This document shows positions 1 through 10,915 of a DNA stretch of 49,729 bases, one piece after another. The stretch is from Octopus sinensis (Eukaryota). The stretch spans positions 1 through 49,729 of the forward strand of contig NW_021834263.1 of the NCBI RefSeq assembly GCF_006345805.1, written 5' to 3'. Both the position numbers and the translations under genes were made by a program. Below the pieces are notes generated by a model. That model was not told where the DNA came from and did no database searches. It saw nothing but the letters and a program-made list of their open reading frames with translations. How positions within the stretch are numbered: position 1 is the stretch's first letter; every line of letters begins with the position of its first letter.

Positions 1-1001
1 GAATTTGAAATAGATTTAAGGGGATAATATCGATAGGGTGTCACCAGGATCCAATACTTATGTTAAGTGCAAAATTGCTGTGGAAATAGGCACAAAAGAA
101 TGCAAAGAAGAAACATACTTCTGATACAATAAATAATATTATTCGGAGACCATTATATACTTTAAAGGTATGAAACCCTTGAAATATTATTCCTTGAATA
201 ATATTTCGTCATTGTTGGATTAGAGTTATCCCTAGAAGTGAATAGCTTCTTGAGCGAACGCTAATCATTAAAGTCAGTGTTAGGCCAAACTAAACGCTGT
301 ATACAAATATGAAATAAGGAACAACTAAGAGAACTTGAAAATTACTATGCTACTCTATTAGTCATTGCTTGACAAGAATATGCTCAACGATATCCTGCAG
401 CGGAAAGTAGTAAGTTACTGATGTAAAGGTTAGTAGTTCTACAGATTCGGTTCAAGGTATTTGGGGGTTTTCTGCGGGAAGAAAAGCTAGAAAGTGAAGT
501 CGATCGACTATAAGCAGTAGATCTCATCTGTTGTCCCAAATGAAGTTCTTGATATCATAGCTGAGGTTGTACCCCCAGCATCACAGGCGACAGAGAACGG
601 AGCTAAGGGTCACTTAAAAGTCATGGTGCAACAAAATGCTCGTGAAGGTTATGAAGGAAAATGTAACGCAGTAGTAATTATCTGTATTGAGCCATTGCTT
701 AAATTGACAAATGATAAAGAGGAAAAACGTAAACGAATACCCACAACATTACTGAATGTCATAAGCGATCTTAACTTCTTACTTGGCTTTGTTGTTGGGC
801 ATGCCTGTGTGTTTTAGAAGCCTATTTCACAGACAACACATTGAGGCACCTTCAACAAATCATTTCTACTCCGCAATATTTTGTGTCTATCACTCCTTTT
901 TGTCGAAGAGCGTAGGCTGGCAACACTAAAGACTTTTCCATTTTACATCTTCTTGTTGTTCTCTCACTTATCTTTGTCTTTTTTTTTTTGTATATACATA
1001 T

Positions 1002-1032
<31 letters not shown>

Positions 1033-1080
1033 TAATATATATATAGTATATATATATATAATATAATATTATATATATAT

Positions 1081-1245
1081 TCATAGTAACAGTAATGACA
1101 ACAAAAGGAAGAACGAGACCTCGATATTATGTAAATAGAGGAATTTATCTGTAAGTCTTAATAACTGACGAGATGCCGGAACAGTTTTCCGCCCCGACAT
1201 CTGAAACTCGGAGTTTTATGATGCCAACCGAACAATTGTCACATA
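1081..1245 (+). mobile_element. Penelope-like element terminal-repeat remnant
   Basis: Short non-coding repeat abutting a (TA)n tract and carrying a hammerhead-like CTGACGA...GAAA motif; resembles octopus Penelope-type repeats from memory. Confidence 0.45.
1161..1219 (+). ncRNA. Type-I hammerhead ribozyme-like motif (non-canonical)
   Basis: ATAA-CTGACGA-GATGCCGG...CCGACATC-T-GAAA-CTCGGAG-TT-TTAT: stem I ATAA/TTAT, stem II 7/8 bp, near-palindromic stem III ACTCGGAGT. Confidence 0.45.
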
Positions 1246-1274
1246 TTATATTATACACACGCACACACACACAA

Positions 1275-1278
<4 letters not shown>

Positions 1279-1308
<30 letters not shown>

Positions 1309-1378
1309 TGTATGTATGTATGTATGTATGTATGTATGCATGTATGTATGTATGTATGTATGCATGTATGTATGTATA
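1279..1378. repeat. (TATG)n microsatellite
   Basis: Directly visible tandem repeat. Confidence 0.95.
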
Positions 1379-1544
1379 TATATAAGAGCGTTGTAGTTAT
1401 ATCAAAAAAGAACAAGAGAGAAAGTAAGAAAGCTTCTGACAATGTGAAACTTTCTGCATTGTCAGAAGCTTTCCTATTTTCTTTCTTTTTTCCCCTTCTT
1501 CATATATATATATACATACACACACAGATATACATACGTATATA

Positions 1545-1765
1545 TGTGTGTATGTTTCCTTATGATTGTTTGTCTCCACACCATCACTTGACAACCGGTG
1601 CTGGTTTATTTCCGTCCCTGGTATTTAATAGTTTGGAAAAAGTGATTGATGCAATAAGCGCCAGACTTTAAAAACAAAGACAAAAAAAAAACATAATATA
1701 TGAAGGCGGTGCCCCAGCATGACCGCTGTTCAATGACTGAAACAAGTAGATGATAAAAGATAAAA
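1545..1765 (+). mobile_element. tRNA-SINE family A, 3' half (degenerate)
   Basis: CACTTGACAACCGGTGCTGG...GGCGGTGCCCCAGCATGACCGC...TGACTGAAACAAGTA matches the 3' half of the copy at 11598-11974. Confidence 0.8.
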
Positions 1766-1799
1766 TATCATATGCCTGAAAATACCTTTAAGAACTGAT

Positions 1800-2072
1800 T
1801 GTAGGTGGTGGTAGAAAAGTGGTAGAATGGTGTTTGAATGGTAGTAGATGGTGGTAGAATGGTGGTGAATGGTCGCAGATGGTGGCAGATGGTGGTAGAA
1901 TGGTGGTAGAATGGTGGTAGATGTGGTAGAATGGCGATATATGGTGTTAGTATGGTAGTAGATTGTGGTAGAATGGTGGTAGAATTGCGGCAGAATGGCG
2001 GTAGATGGTGGTAAAATGATGCTAGATTGTGGTAGAATGGTGGTAGAATGGTGGTAGATAGTGGTAGAATGT
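1800..2072. repeat. Degenerate ~11-bp minisatellite (ATGGTGGTAGA)n
   Basis: Repeated TGGTGGTAGA(A) units. Confidence 0.9.
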
Positions 2073-2733
2073 TTACTGCAACACAGGAAACTTTAACTGA
2101 CAGAAAAATTAAAGGAAAATTGGAAATGTTCAGAAATACAATGAAATGAAAGGTACAACTCTCAAAGGAATCATCCGAGACACATGATTCTCGCTCAAAG
2201 AAAGAAACAAGAGTTCTTAAGAGACAAATGCAACGGAGGTGCTACAGGGTGGAATTGCTAAAATCTGTCATCGCATGTCGACTTATGATTGTAATATTGA
2301 AAAATGTATCGTGGAAATGAAATCATGGATTAATGATAATGACCAAAACATACTTTATGCATATATAGAATATGTGTCGGTAGGGAGGGTGGAATTAAAT
2401 TTAACAAAGATGCCTGAATGAAATAAAGAAACATTTTAAACTTAACACGAAATGTTAAAACATTTTAAGTTGCACCTCTTCAACGAGCGAAAAAAAAATA
2501 AAGCACATCGAGATATTTCCTTTTAATGTAAAGTGGAGATCTCATTTCACGTATGCATATTGGCACTGTGTGTTTAGGAATCAGTTAAATTTTGTTAAAT
2601 GGAAAAGTAGTCGGCCGCGTTTTCGCACTGTATATAAAGAAAACAGAATTAATATTCACAATATTCACATGCAAGAAATGAATGTGTGTGTGTGTGTTTG
2701 TGTACGTTTATATCGGCATATGTATGTATGTGA

Positions 2734-2774
<41 letters not shown>

Positions 2775-2777
2775 TAT

Positions 2778-2933
2778 GGAGTGGTTGTGTGGTAAGAAAC
2801 TTGCTTACCAACCACATGGTTTCGGGTTCAGTCCCACTGCGTGGCACCTTGGGCAAGTGTCTTCTACTATGACCTCGTGTCGACCAAAGCCTTGTGAGTG
2901 GATTTGGTAGACGGAAACTGAAAGACCAGACGT
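2778..2933 (+). mobile_element. tRNA-SINE family A, 5' half
   Basis: Pol III A/B-box-like head (GGTTGTGTGGTAAG...GGTTCAGTCCC) followed by GCACCTTGGGCAAGTGTCTT core, ending in (TA)n. Confidence 0.9.
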
Positions 2934-2973
2934 ATATATATATATGTATATATGTATATATGTGTATATATAG

Positions 2974-3011
<38 letters not shown>

Positions 3012-3226
3012 TAAAGAATATTTGTATATATATATGTATATATATATAATAATAAATATTAGGGAATAAATCCAAATTACAGGGAAAAAATCAGATTTAG
3101 GATTAAATCCAATTTTATAGTAAAATATTATAAAATATTATTAGAGACAACAACCACTATTTTGCAAAACAAACAAGGAAAGACTTAATCAATACATAAA
3201 ATTTTAATAAATAGTCAAAAAAACCG

Positions 3227-3269
3227 CCACTACAATTGTTTCTTGTCTTGATCGACAATCTTCAGGTGG
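3227..3269 (-). ncRNA. Minimal type-I hammerhead ribozyme motif
   Basis: Minus strand CCAC-CTGAAGA-TTGTC-GATCAA-GACAA-GAAA-CAATTG-TA-GTGG: stem I 4 bp, stem II 5 bp, palindromic stem III ACAATTGT, GUA triplet. Confidence 0.7.
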
Positions 3270-3316
3270 ACTTCCAATAAGTCAGTTTCAAATTATGAAA
3301 CTGACTTATTGGAAGT

Positions 3317-3358
3317 CCACCTGAAGATTGTCGATCAAGACAAGAAACATTGTAGTGG
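3317..3358 (+). ncRNA. Minimal type-I hammerhead motif (mirror copy, 1-nt deletion in stem III)
   Basis: CCAC-CTGAAGA-TTGTC-GATCAA-GACAA-GAAA-CATTG-TA-GTGG. Confidence 0.6.
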
Positions 3359-3443
3359 CGTTTTTTTGACTATTTATTAAAATTTTATGTATTGATTAAG
3401 TCTTTCCTTTTTTGTTTTGCAAATAGTGGTTTTGTCTCTAATA

Positions 3444-3491
<48 letters not shown>

Positions 3492-3538
3492 ATATATATA
3501 TAATATATTATATATACATACATATATATATACAAATA

Positions 3539-3856
3539 TTCTTTAATTATAAGCTAATTATAATCAGTGGTCAGTTAATTTGCTTCGCCACCCACCGAAT
3601 TTAGAAATAGAGTTAAAATGCCTTATCTATTACCATAAAGATCTTCCAGACAATAACACACTTTTTTACGCAGGCAAAAAGAAAAACTAACGAATTCACA
3701 CGACCCACCTTTCTTTTAGCCGGTGTAAAAAAGTGTGTTACTGTCTGGGAGATCTTTATTGTAGTAGATAAGGCATTTTAACTCCTATTTCTAAATTCGG
3801 TGCGTGGCGAAGCAATTAGCTGACCCCTGATTATAATTATGCTTATAATTAAAGAA
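3539..3856. mobile_element. Foldback MITE with ~130-bp inverted arms
   Basis: TTCTTTAATTATAAGC...AAAGATCTTCCAGACAATAACACACTTTTTTAC mirrored by GTAAAAAAGTGTGTTACTGTCTGGGAGATCTTT...GCTTATAATTAAAGAA; ~50-bp spacer; non-coding. Confidence 0.75.
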
Positions 3857-4014
3857 CGTTTCCATAATTTTACGTTAAAAGGTTATTTTAACGTACTGAC
3901 TACTTGGTAAAATTATTAATTATTTATTAATTAATTGATTAATTACTTAATTAATTTTACCCTTTTTTTATTATTGTGATATGTACATATGTGTGTGTGT
4001 GTGTGCATGTGTAT

Positions 4015-4298
4015 GTGAAGGCGTGTGGCTTAGTGGTTAGGGGCATTCGGCTCACGATCGTAAAGTTGTGAGTTCAATTCCCGGCGATGCATTGTGTCCT
4101 TGAGCAAGACACTTTATTTCACGTTGTTCCAGTTCACTCAACTGGCAAAAAAGAGTAGTACCTGTATTTCAAAGGGCCAGCCTTGTCAGACTCTATGTCA
4201 CGCTGAATCTCCCTGAGAACTACGTTAAGGGTGCACGTGTCTGTGGAGTGCTCAGCCACTTGCACGTTAATTTCACGAGCAAGGTGTTCCATTGATCG
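4015..4298 (+). mobile_element. tRNA-SINE, head H2 (CORE-like body) + tail T1
   Basis: tRNA-like head, TGTGTCCTTGAGCAAGACACTT block, then ACCTGTATTTCAAAGGGCC... tail shared with 5614-5996. Confidence 0.85.
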
Positions 4299-4435
4299 TA
4301 TATATATATATATATTACTCATTAATTTTACGAGCAAGTATTTCATTTGATCGAACGAGTGAACGTTCATCATCGAAATCTACGAAGGATGTATCATTTG
4401 TGTGTGTGTTTAAACAAGTAACATGTGTATAAAGA

Positions 4436-4791
4436 GATTGAGAGAGAGAGAGAGTAAGAAAGAGGGAGAGAGAGAAAAAGAGGGAAGGAGACAAATGGGA
4501 AGAGAGAGAGTGAGAGAGAAAGAGAGATAGAAAGAAAGGCATAGAGACTGAGAAGAAGAAAATTATATATATAGGGGAGATAGATGATAGAGAGAGAAGA
4601 GAGAGAAGAGAAAGAGAGAAAGAAAGAAGAAAGAAAGAAAGAAAGAAGAAAAAAAAAAAGATAGAGGAGAGAAAGAAAGAAAGAAGAGAGAGAGAGAGAA
4701 AGAAAGAGAGAGGAGAAAGAAGAAGAAAGAAGAAAAAGAAAGAAAGAAAGAAGAAAGAAAGAAAGAAAGAGAGAGAAGAAAGAAAGAGAAG

Positions 4792-4830
<39 letters not shown>

Positions 4831-4866
4831 AGAAAAAAAAAGAAAGAAAGAAAGAAAGAAAGACAG
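4436..4866. repeat. Compound polypurine tract (GA)n/(GAAA)n
   Basis: ~430 bp of almost exclusively A/G on the + strand. Confidence 0.95.
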
Positions 4867-5048
4867 AGACCTTGTACGCGTCCATGATTCATGCATATTT
4901 CCTTACAAAAATGTACTGAGTACTTCAATTGATTTTATAAGTAAAAACACATGTTTGAAAATATAGGTGTGTATGTGAGTGTTCCCATATACTTATGCAG
5001 ACATTCACACAGATACAGTTCTATTAAAAGTATATGTTTTTATAAATA

Positions 5049-6330
5049 AGGTGCGTCAGAGTTTTGAGGTCATTTCTAGGAATTTAGAAAAAGACACGTA
5101 GTCATCAAAGAAAAGCTGTATTTGAAAACAAATTGGTAGGAATAATCTTAAGAATCCTTTTGTCACACGTTTTCAATGAATCCACTGTTAGCATCAATGA
5201 CAGCTTCAATTCAGGGTCGGGAGCATTGACATGCTTGAATAAAATGATCTTTATCGATTTTGAACATAGTGCTGGTTATGGCGGGCTTGGGAGATTGAAT
5301 GGTGTTATGGGAGTGTTGCTTGACCTCTCTCTTGACTGTGCCCCATATATAATAATCCAGTGGTTTGGGGTCTGTTAAGCTAGGAAGCCATGTGTCTGGA
5401 AGAACATAATCATGGCTTTGGCACGATTGAGTTGTCCTAACGTTAATCGATGACGAAGAGTCTTGTTGGAAGGGGTACGGTCTTTCGTTGCATATTCTGT
5501 CTACCCAGAACCTCACAACTTTCTCCAACATCTTTGTGCAAACAGCAACTTTTGCTCTTAAGTCCTATGCTAACAACACCAGAACCATCACAGTTGTTGG
5601 GAACTTAGTATGCTGGGACCACTCCGTCGGTTACGACGACGAGGGTTCCGGTTGATCCGATCAACGGAACAGCCTGCTCGTGAAATTAACGTGTAAGTGG
5701 CTGAGCACTCCACAGACACGTGTACCCTTAACGTAGTTCTCGGGGATATTCAGTGTGACACAGAGAGTGACAAGGTCGGACCTTTGAAATACAGGTACAA
5801 CAGAAACAGGAAGTAAGAGTGAGAGAAAGTTGTGGTGAAAGAGTACAGCAGGGATCACCACCATTCTTGCCGGAGCCTTGTGGAGCTTTAGGTGTTTTCG
5901 CTCAATAAACACTCACAACGCCCGGTCTGGGAATCGAAACCGCGATCCTACGACCGCGAGTCCGCTGCCCTAACCACTGGGCCATTGCACCTCCACAACT
6001 TAGTATGCATGACCGTTGGAACCGCATTCTCATTTCTGCATAACCATCTATCGTTGCTTCGGTTCACCTTTTGGTCCTGATCGAAGTTTTTTTCACATCG
6101 GGAAAAAACCAAAGCATTCCAGCCTCTTAATGTTTTAATCTGTTTAGCTAGAGCTCTCTGCACAGCTCGATCAATTCTCTGTTGTCACATACAACATAAA
6201 CTCACCCCTCCGCATCACCTACGAGTTGTACCGGATGACCTCATGCACAAATCTGTTGATATGCATTCTGAATCCTCGATTGACTTTCCGGATTTTTATC
6301 GATTATTTCTTGGTCATTTTGTACCAAGTT
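5049..6330 (-). mobile_element. maT/DD37D-like Tc1/mariner relic, interrupted by a SINE
   Basis: Minus-strand translations FSRCEKNFDQDQKVNRSNDRWL...MHTKFPTTVMV...FQQDSS...WLPSLTDPKPLDYYIWGTVKREV resemble the WPPSSPDLNPLDYYVWG motif of this group; TA then TIR-like end at 5049. Confidence 0.75.
5614..5996 (-). mobile_element. Full-length tRNA(Arg-like)-SINE, head H1 + tail T1, with 12-bp TSD
   Basis: Head GTGGAGGTGCAATGGCCCAGTGGTTAGGGCAGCGGACTCGCGG...GGTTTCGATTCC; TSD AACTTAGTATGC at 5602-5613 and 5997-6008. Confidence 0.92.
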
Positions 6331-6564
6331 TTATGTTCTGATAGTATTAGGACCCTGTGTATGCGTTTCGTGTTTATTTGCTATGTTACTTCTACTAGAT
6401 AATGAAACATACGTAATACGAATAAATAATACGAAAAATTCTCCAGTCTTCTCTTTATATATAGTTGGACCTGCCCGGGCATACTCCCCGCTACTATAGC
6501 GACCGAACAACCATTGCTACTGTTGCAATACAATGAGGTACTAAAGTAGGATTCTGCAACACAC

Positions 6565-6648
<84 letters not shown>

Positions 6649-6649
<1 letters not shown>

Positions 6650-7537
6650 AAATATATATAAAAGTACAAAATGGGACAAGAACGCAAAATACTGAAAGAG
6701 ACGACACAAAAAACGGACGGGTCATTCGAAGCCTCTAATCTTCAGTCAAGAACCGGATCATCCTCGCAATTTCGGCTGATTAATCTTAAGATCGCTCCGA
6801 TCCGGCCAGCTCCAAGGAAAAACTAAGCTACGAGCATTAGATTTCTTGGAAAAAGGATCGAATGTATACGAAACAAGGACAGAAAAACGGACGATGCCAC
6901 ACGAATATAAATACAAAAACAATAATAGTAATAACAGGACAAAAACAGCGGGTGTCTTACGACTTTAGACAGTTCAACTTAGCTTAGCTGGCGTATTTGG
7001 AAAAAAATGCCTTTGCGGCAGACGAAGAAAACGATGTTGTCGTGGCGGTGGTCAGAAGCCGAAAGGCTAGTTGACCGGCGGTCACGTGAGAGGAGAAGAG
7101 AGAGAAAAAAAGGGGGCAAAGGAATCAAAGAGAGAGAGAAAAAGAGGGACAAAGGCACCAAAGGGGAGGAGAAGAGAAAGAAAGAAGGAATTAAAGAGGG
7201 GAGAAGAAAGAGAGCGTGCCAAGGATTGGCTTGGCGACAGAATCAGTGAGGTGCAAAGTGAGAAAGACAGAGAAATGTGAGAGAGTGGGGGAAGAGGAGA
7301 CCAAAGAATCAGAGGCAAGAAAAGAGAAAGACAGAGACTAGTGAAGTATAGAGAAAGTGTATGTTGAAGTCGTACAATAGTGGAATGCTTACATACATAA
7401 CAGAACAATATGTACGTTACGCCGCAATAATATATGTATAAAAAATATATATAAAAATACAAAATGGGACAAGAACGCAAAACACTGAAAGAGACGACAC
7501 AAAAAACGGACGGGTCATTCGAAGCCTCTAATCTTCA
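6649..7537. mobile_element. Interspersed repeat family B in partial-tandem arrangement (possibly Penelope-like)
   Basis: ~95-bp near-identical direct repeat at 6649-6744 and 7442-7537; a diverged copy of 6649-6960 lies at 12440-12815. Confidence 0.55.
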
Positions 7538-7726
7538 CGGCCAGATGTTCATAAGTCAGAAAAAAATTATACTCGAAAAGAAATTTCGAGCAGTTATACT
7601 TTTATATATTCGAGCAGTATAGCCTTGGTTATGGTATATATTCTGCCAGAAAGCAGTAGTAACTTTTTGACTGGTTATAATGCCATGACCAAGAATATAC
7701 TACTGGAATACATAAAAGTGTATATA

Positions 7727-8648
7727 TTAGGTTGTTTCACATGAAATGTCGCATTTTTAATTACTTGTTATTTCAGTCATTTAAAAACTCGATTATGTAT
7801 ACCTTGCTTTTAATCTTGACTCTTTTTCTTTCCCAACAATATTGGAATACAAAATTCGTACCCACAGACCTTATGAAAATGATAACCAAACTATGTTGAG
7901 TGATTTTCTCGTATGAGAACAAATTGGGTCATTCTGCCACAGAAGCTCCACGGAATATCAAGCGGGCCTCTGGTAATGGCTTTATTGACATCAGAACTGT
8001 TCAGAGATGGTTCCAAAGCTCTCGTTCAGGAGATGATAGCCTTGACAACGAATCAAGGGGTAGGCCAAAATCAGTTATTTGGCATGATGGATTTAATGCT
8101 TTCGTTGAACAAAATCCGAGAACAAAGGTTCCTAAACTGTTATCAGAACTCCAAACATCTCGCCCAAATGCTTTTGGACACCTGAAACAATTGGAGAAGT
8201 CAAGAAAACGGATAGGTTTGTTCCACATCAATAGAACGAGATTAAAAAAAACAGACGCCTTGAAGTGTGCTTCTTATTGCTTTCTCGACTGGAAAAAGAG
8301 ATCATTTTAGCATCAAATCATTTCTTGTGATTTCTTGACAACAGCAGGAGAACAGGACAGTGATTAGATGAGGACGTGCATTGTCGAGGAGCAAAATTGG
8401 GCCATCTCTATTCACTAGTGTGGGTTGCTTCTTTTATAAATTCTCATGCATACAATCAATTTCTTGGCAATACGATGTCGCTGTTACCGTTTTTCTTTCT
8501 TGCGAAAATGAATAACTTCCATCGCAGACCACCATACAGTGACCACTAACTTTTTAGGGTGCAATGGTGGGTTCGGGTAGTGTTTAGGTGACTCTCCTGC
8601 ATCTAATCATCGTCCTGTTCTGCCGTTACCTTTCAAATATATTTCATG
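7727..8648 (+). mobile_element. mariner (cecropia/Hsmar1-like) relic; 5' part forward, catalytic-domain segment inverted
   Basis: TA + TIR TTAGGTTGTTTCACATG; + strand translates YENKLGHSATEAPRNI...RTVQRWFQ...ESRGRP; minus strand 8367-8630 translates LHPKKLVVTVWW...LVNRDGPILLLDNARPH. Confidence 0.85.
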
Positions 8649-8784
8649 TAATGTGTGGGGGGGGTGCGTATGTGTGTGTGTGAAGTTGCTGGGTCTGGAA
8701 AAGAAGCAGAGAACAGGACACTTGCAAGTCCTCCTGGACAGCCGAGATTGACGTTATGAATGTTACTCTTGAACAATCGGTAGT

Positions 8785-8905
8785 GCCCCGGGCGAAATGT
8801 TTAGCCTTTTTACGTTCTGAGTTTAAGTCCCACCGGGATCGACTGTACCTCTCATCGGTTCGGGGGTCGATTAAATAAATACCAGTTGAACACTGAGGTC
8901 GAAAC
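8785..8905 (+). mobile_element. tRNA-SINE family K fragment
   Basis: CCGGGCGAAATGTTTAGC...GTTCTGAGTT...GGGGTCGATTAAATAAATACCAGT resembles 27972-28162. Confidence 0.65.
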
Positions 8906-9343
8906 CAATGACGCTCTTGAACTTTTGTAAGTCAATTCCTATGGGAAAGACACAAGCAAGGGGCGATTTCAGAGTGTCACCGTTCCTGAAGGAAATGAAA
9001 GAGCATAGTATTTAGTTTGGGGTGGGTCTTATTGGACACAACGAGGGTGGTGAGAGGGGGAAGACGGGTAGATCGAGTATGTCTAAAGGGAGCAGGCATA
9101 AGCCCCGCCAGAGCTAGGAAGGAGCAAAGGCCATGTTTGTAGTTATAGGCTCGAGAACAGGGGACGCAGAGGGTGCAAGTGCTTCCCCTAAAATTCCTAA
9201 GGGAGTGGGAAATAAAAATGCTTTGAACACCTTCCTAAAAAAGACTTCATCGTTAAACTGAACGAGTACAGAAACATCTTTGGACTGATTTGAAACACTT
9301 TTACAATATTGGATTTATCTGATGTACCAATATAATGGTTTGA

Positions 9344-9539
9344 AAATTTAGCACAAGGCCAACAATTTGATGGGAGGGGATGAGTCGATTACATTGACCT
9401 CCAGTACTCAACTGGCACGTAAGTTATCGATCCTGAAAAGATGAAAGGTTAAGTCGACCTCGGCCGAATTTGAAATCAGAACGTAAGGGCGGACGAAATC
9501 CTGCTAAGCATTTTGCCCTACGTGTTAACTCGCCGCCTT
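9344..9539 (-). mobile_element. tRNA-SINE family K
   Basis: Reverse complement of AAGGCGGCGAG...TTCTGA...GAGGTCGAC...CTTTCATC...CCAGT...CCTTGTGCTAAATTT. Confidence 0.75.
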
Positions 9540-10433
9540 AATCTACAAATATAATAATAATTATTATTGTTATACGTGTTTGTTTTGATATTAAGATTGA
9601 AAACGTCGACCTTATGTCTAAAACATTTTGGTCCTGGGTTTGCGCCACTCCCGCAAATATTGTTTCTGCGCTTAGGGCCAGATTAAGACAACGGAGACCC
9701 CCCAAGCACTGAAAAGGTTTCGGTACCCTCAAGTATATGTAAATGTTTCAAAACGTAAACAAAAATAATTTAAAATGTAAACAATAATAAACCATAAGAT
9801 AATATTTTATTTTTCAAAACGAAACCAAATTCACAGTAAGATGGAAAATAATGTTTATTTTTGTATACTTCCATTTTATTTATATTTGAAAAGATTTCTC
9901 TGTTTTTTAATTTAATTACAAAGTGTTCGATGATATCACTAAAATTAATTTTACGTAAGACTTCTGCTTCTATACTTAGTAGAGATAAGGCATTACGAAT
10001 ATTATTTTAGCAAGTCTAAAGTGATTTCTTTCATGCCGTAAACCATTTTCATTTGTGTGGTGCCCCCGTCCGTTGATGCTCTAAGCACGCGCTTATTTTG
10101 CTCAATGGTTAATCCAGCGCTGCCTGCATTTCTGCTAATAGTAACATAAGAAGCTGTAAAAGAAGACAACGCACATATGGCCAGGGACTGAGGCGCGTCC
10201 ATTAGTTGGATCACCCCTGTCTGATCAAGCAAGTCTGTGTGTAGTCGGTATCCGTACTATCTCAGATTTGCGGTCAATACTCAACTGTGCGCCTCATCTA
10301 AGCTTTGTTGAGTGTCAATAATTGGTTGAATCTGGAATATCGACAAGCTCTTCAGGGTCATTCGTTGGGATGCGGAGCGAGCTACGTTAACGATGCCCTT
10401 TCGCACATAAAGAAATGTGAATACAACATCGTG

Positions 10434-10555
<122 letters not shown>

Positions 10556-10786
10556 CATATACTGTGGGGGAGGAGTGAATAGCTGCTAATTTGAAGTCCA
10601 CACGTAGAACTTTATATTCCACTCTGCTTATTGCATGATGGAACAATGCAATAAGCGTTCACTGGTGATCTATTCTGGTTAGGCATCCAAATGCAGTTTT
10701 CCAAACAACCTCAAAGATGAAAAATGCGTAGAAATTAATAATATAAACTTGTGTTTATCGTAATTTCTCAATATATATATATATAT

Positions 10787-10833
<47 letters not shown>

Positions 10834-10915
10834 TCAGTGTATGTATTTCACTGAATACATATAAATAAAACCTTCGAACAGTGGTCAACAGCGACCCCTG
10901 CTACACTCGGCTGTT

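Larger units (their letters stand above)
3057..3453. mobile_element. Penelope-like element remnant with inverted terminal repeat (~160-bp arms, 5-nt loop AATTA at 3291-3295)
   Basis: 3129-3290 is the near-perfect reverse complement of 3296-3453; each arm carries a hammerhead motif; flanked by (TA)n. Confidence 0.75.

Noticed and set aside
1-900. Faint RT-like words on + (GGTGTCACCAGGATCC ~GVPQGS, TATGCT.AACGAT ~YADD, TTCAAGGTATTTGGGG ~FKYLG)
   Set aside because: Each needs indels to read, and the GVPQG-to-YADD spacing (~350 bp) is far too long; not supportable without a profile search.
1800-2072. Regular short repeats here and at 27420-27950 as CRISPR-like arrays
   Set aside because: No unique spacers, degenerate head-to-tail units, eukaryotic context, and no cas genes.
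5920-5996. SINE heads (here and at 4015, 34541, 38188) as functional tRNA genes
   Set aside because: Acceptor stems do not pair and the heads run directly into SINE bodies.
6715-6750. CTGAAGA...CGAA on the minus strand of family B (also CTGACGA at ~12530) as a hammerhead
   Set aside because: GAAA reads GAAT and I could not form stems I-III.
7041-7086. GNRA hairpin as SRP RNA helix 8
   Set aside because: The internal loop reads CAGA/AGTT rather than CAGG/AGCA, and no other SRP helices are present.
10002-10232. 76-aa minus-strand ORF in non-repeat sequence
   Set aside because: No recognisable domain, no convincing splice sites, non-ATG start.
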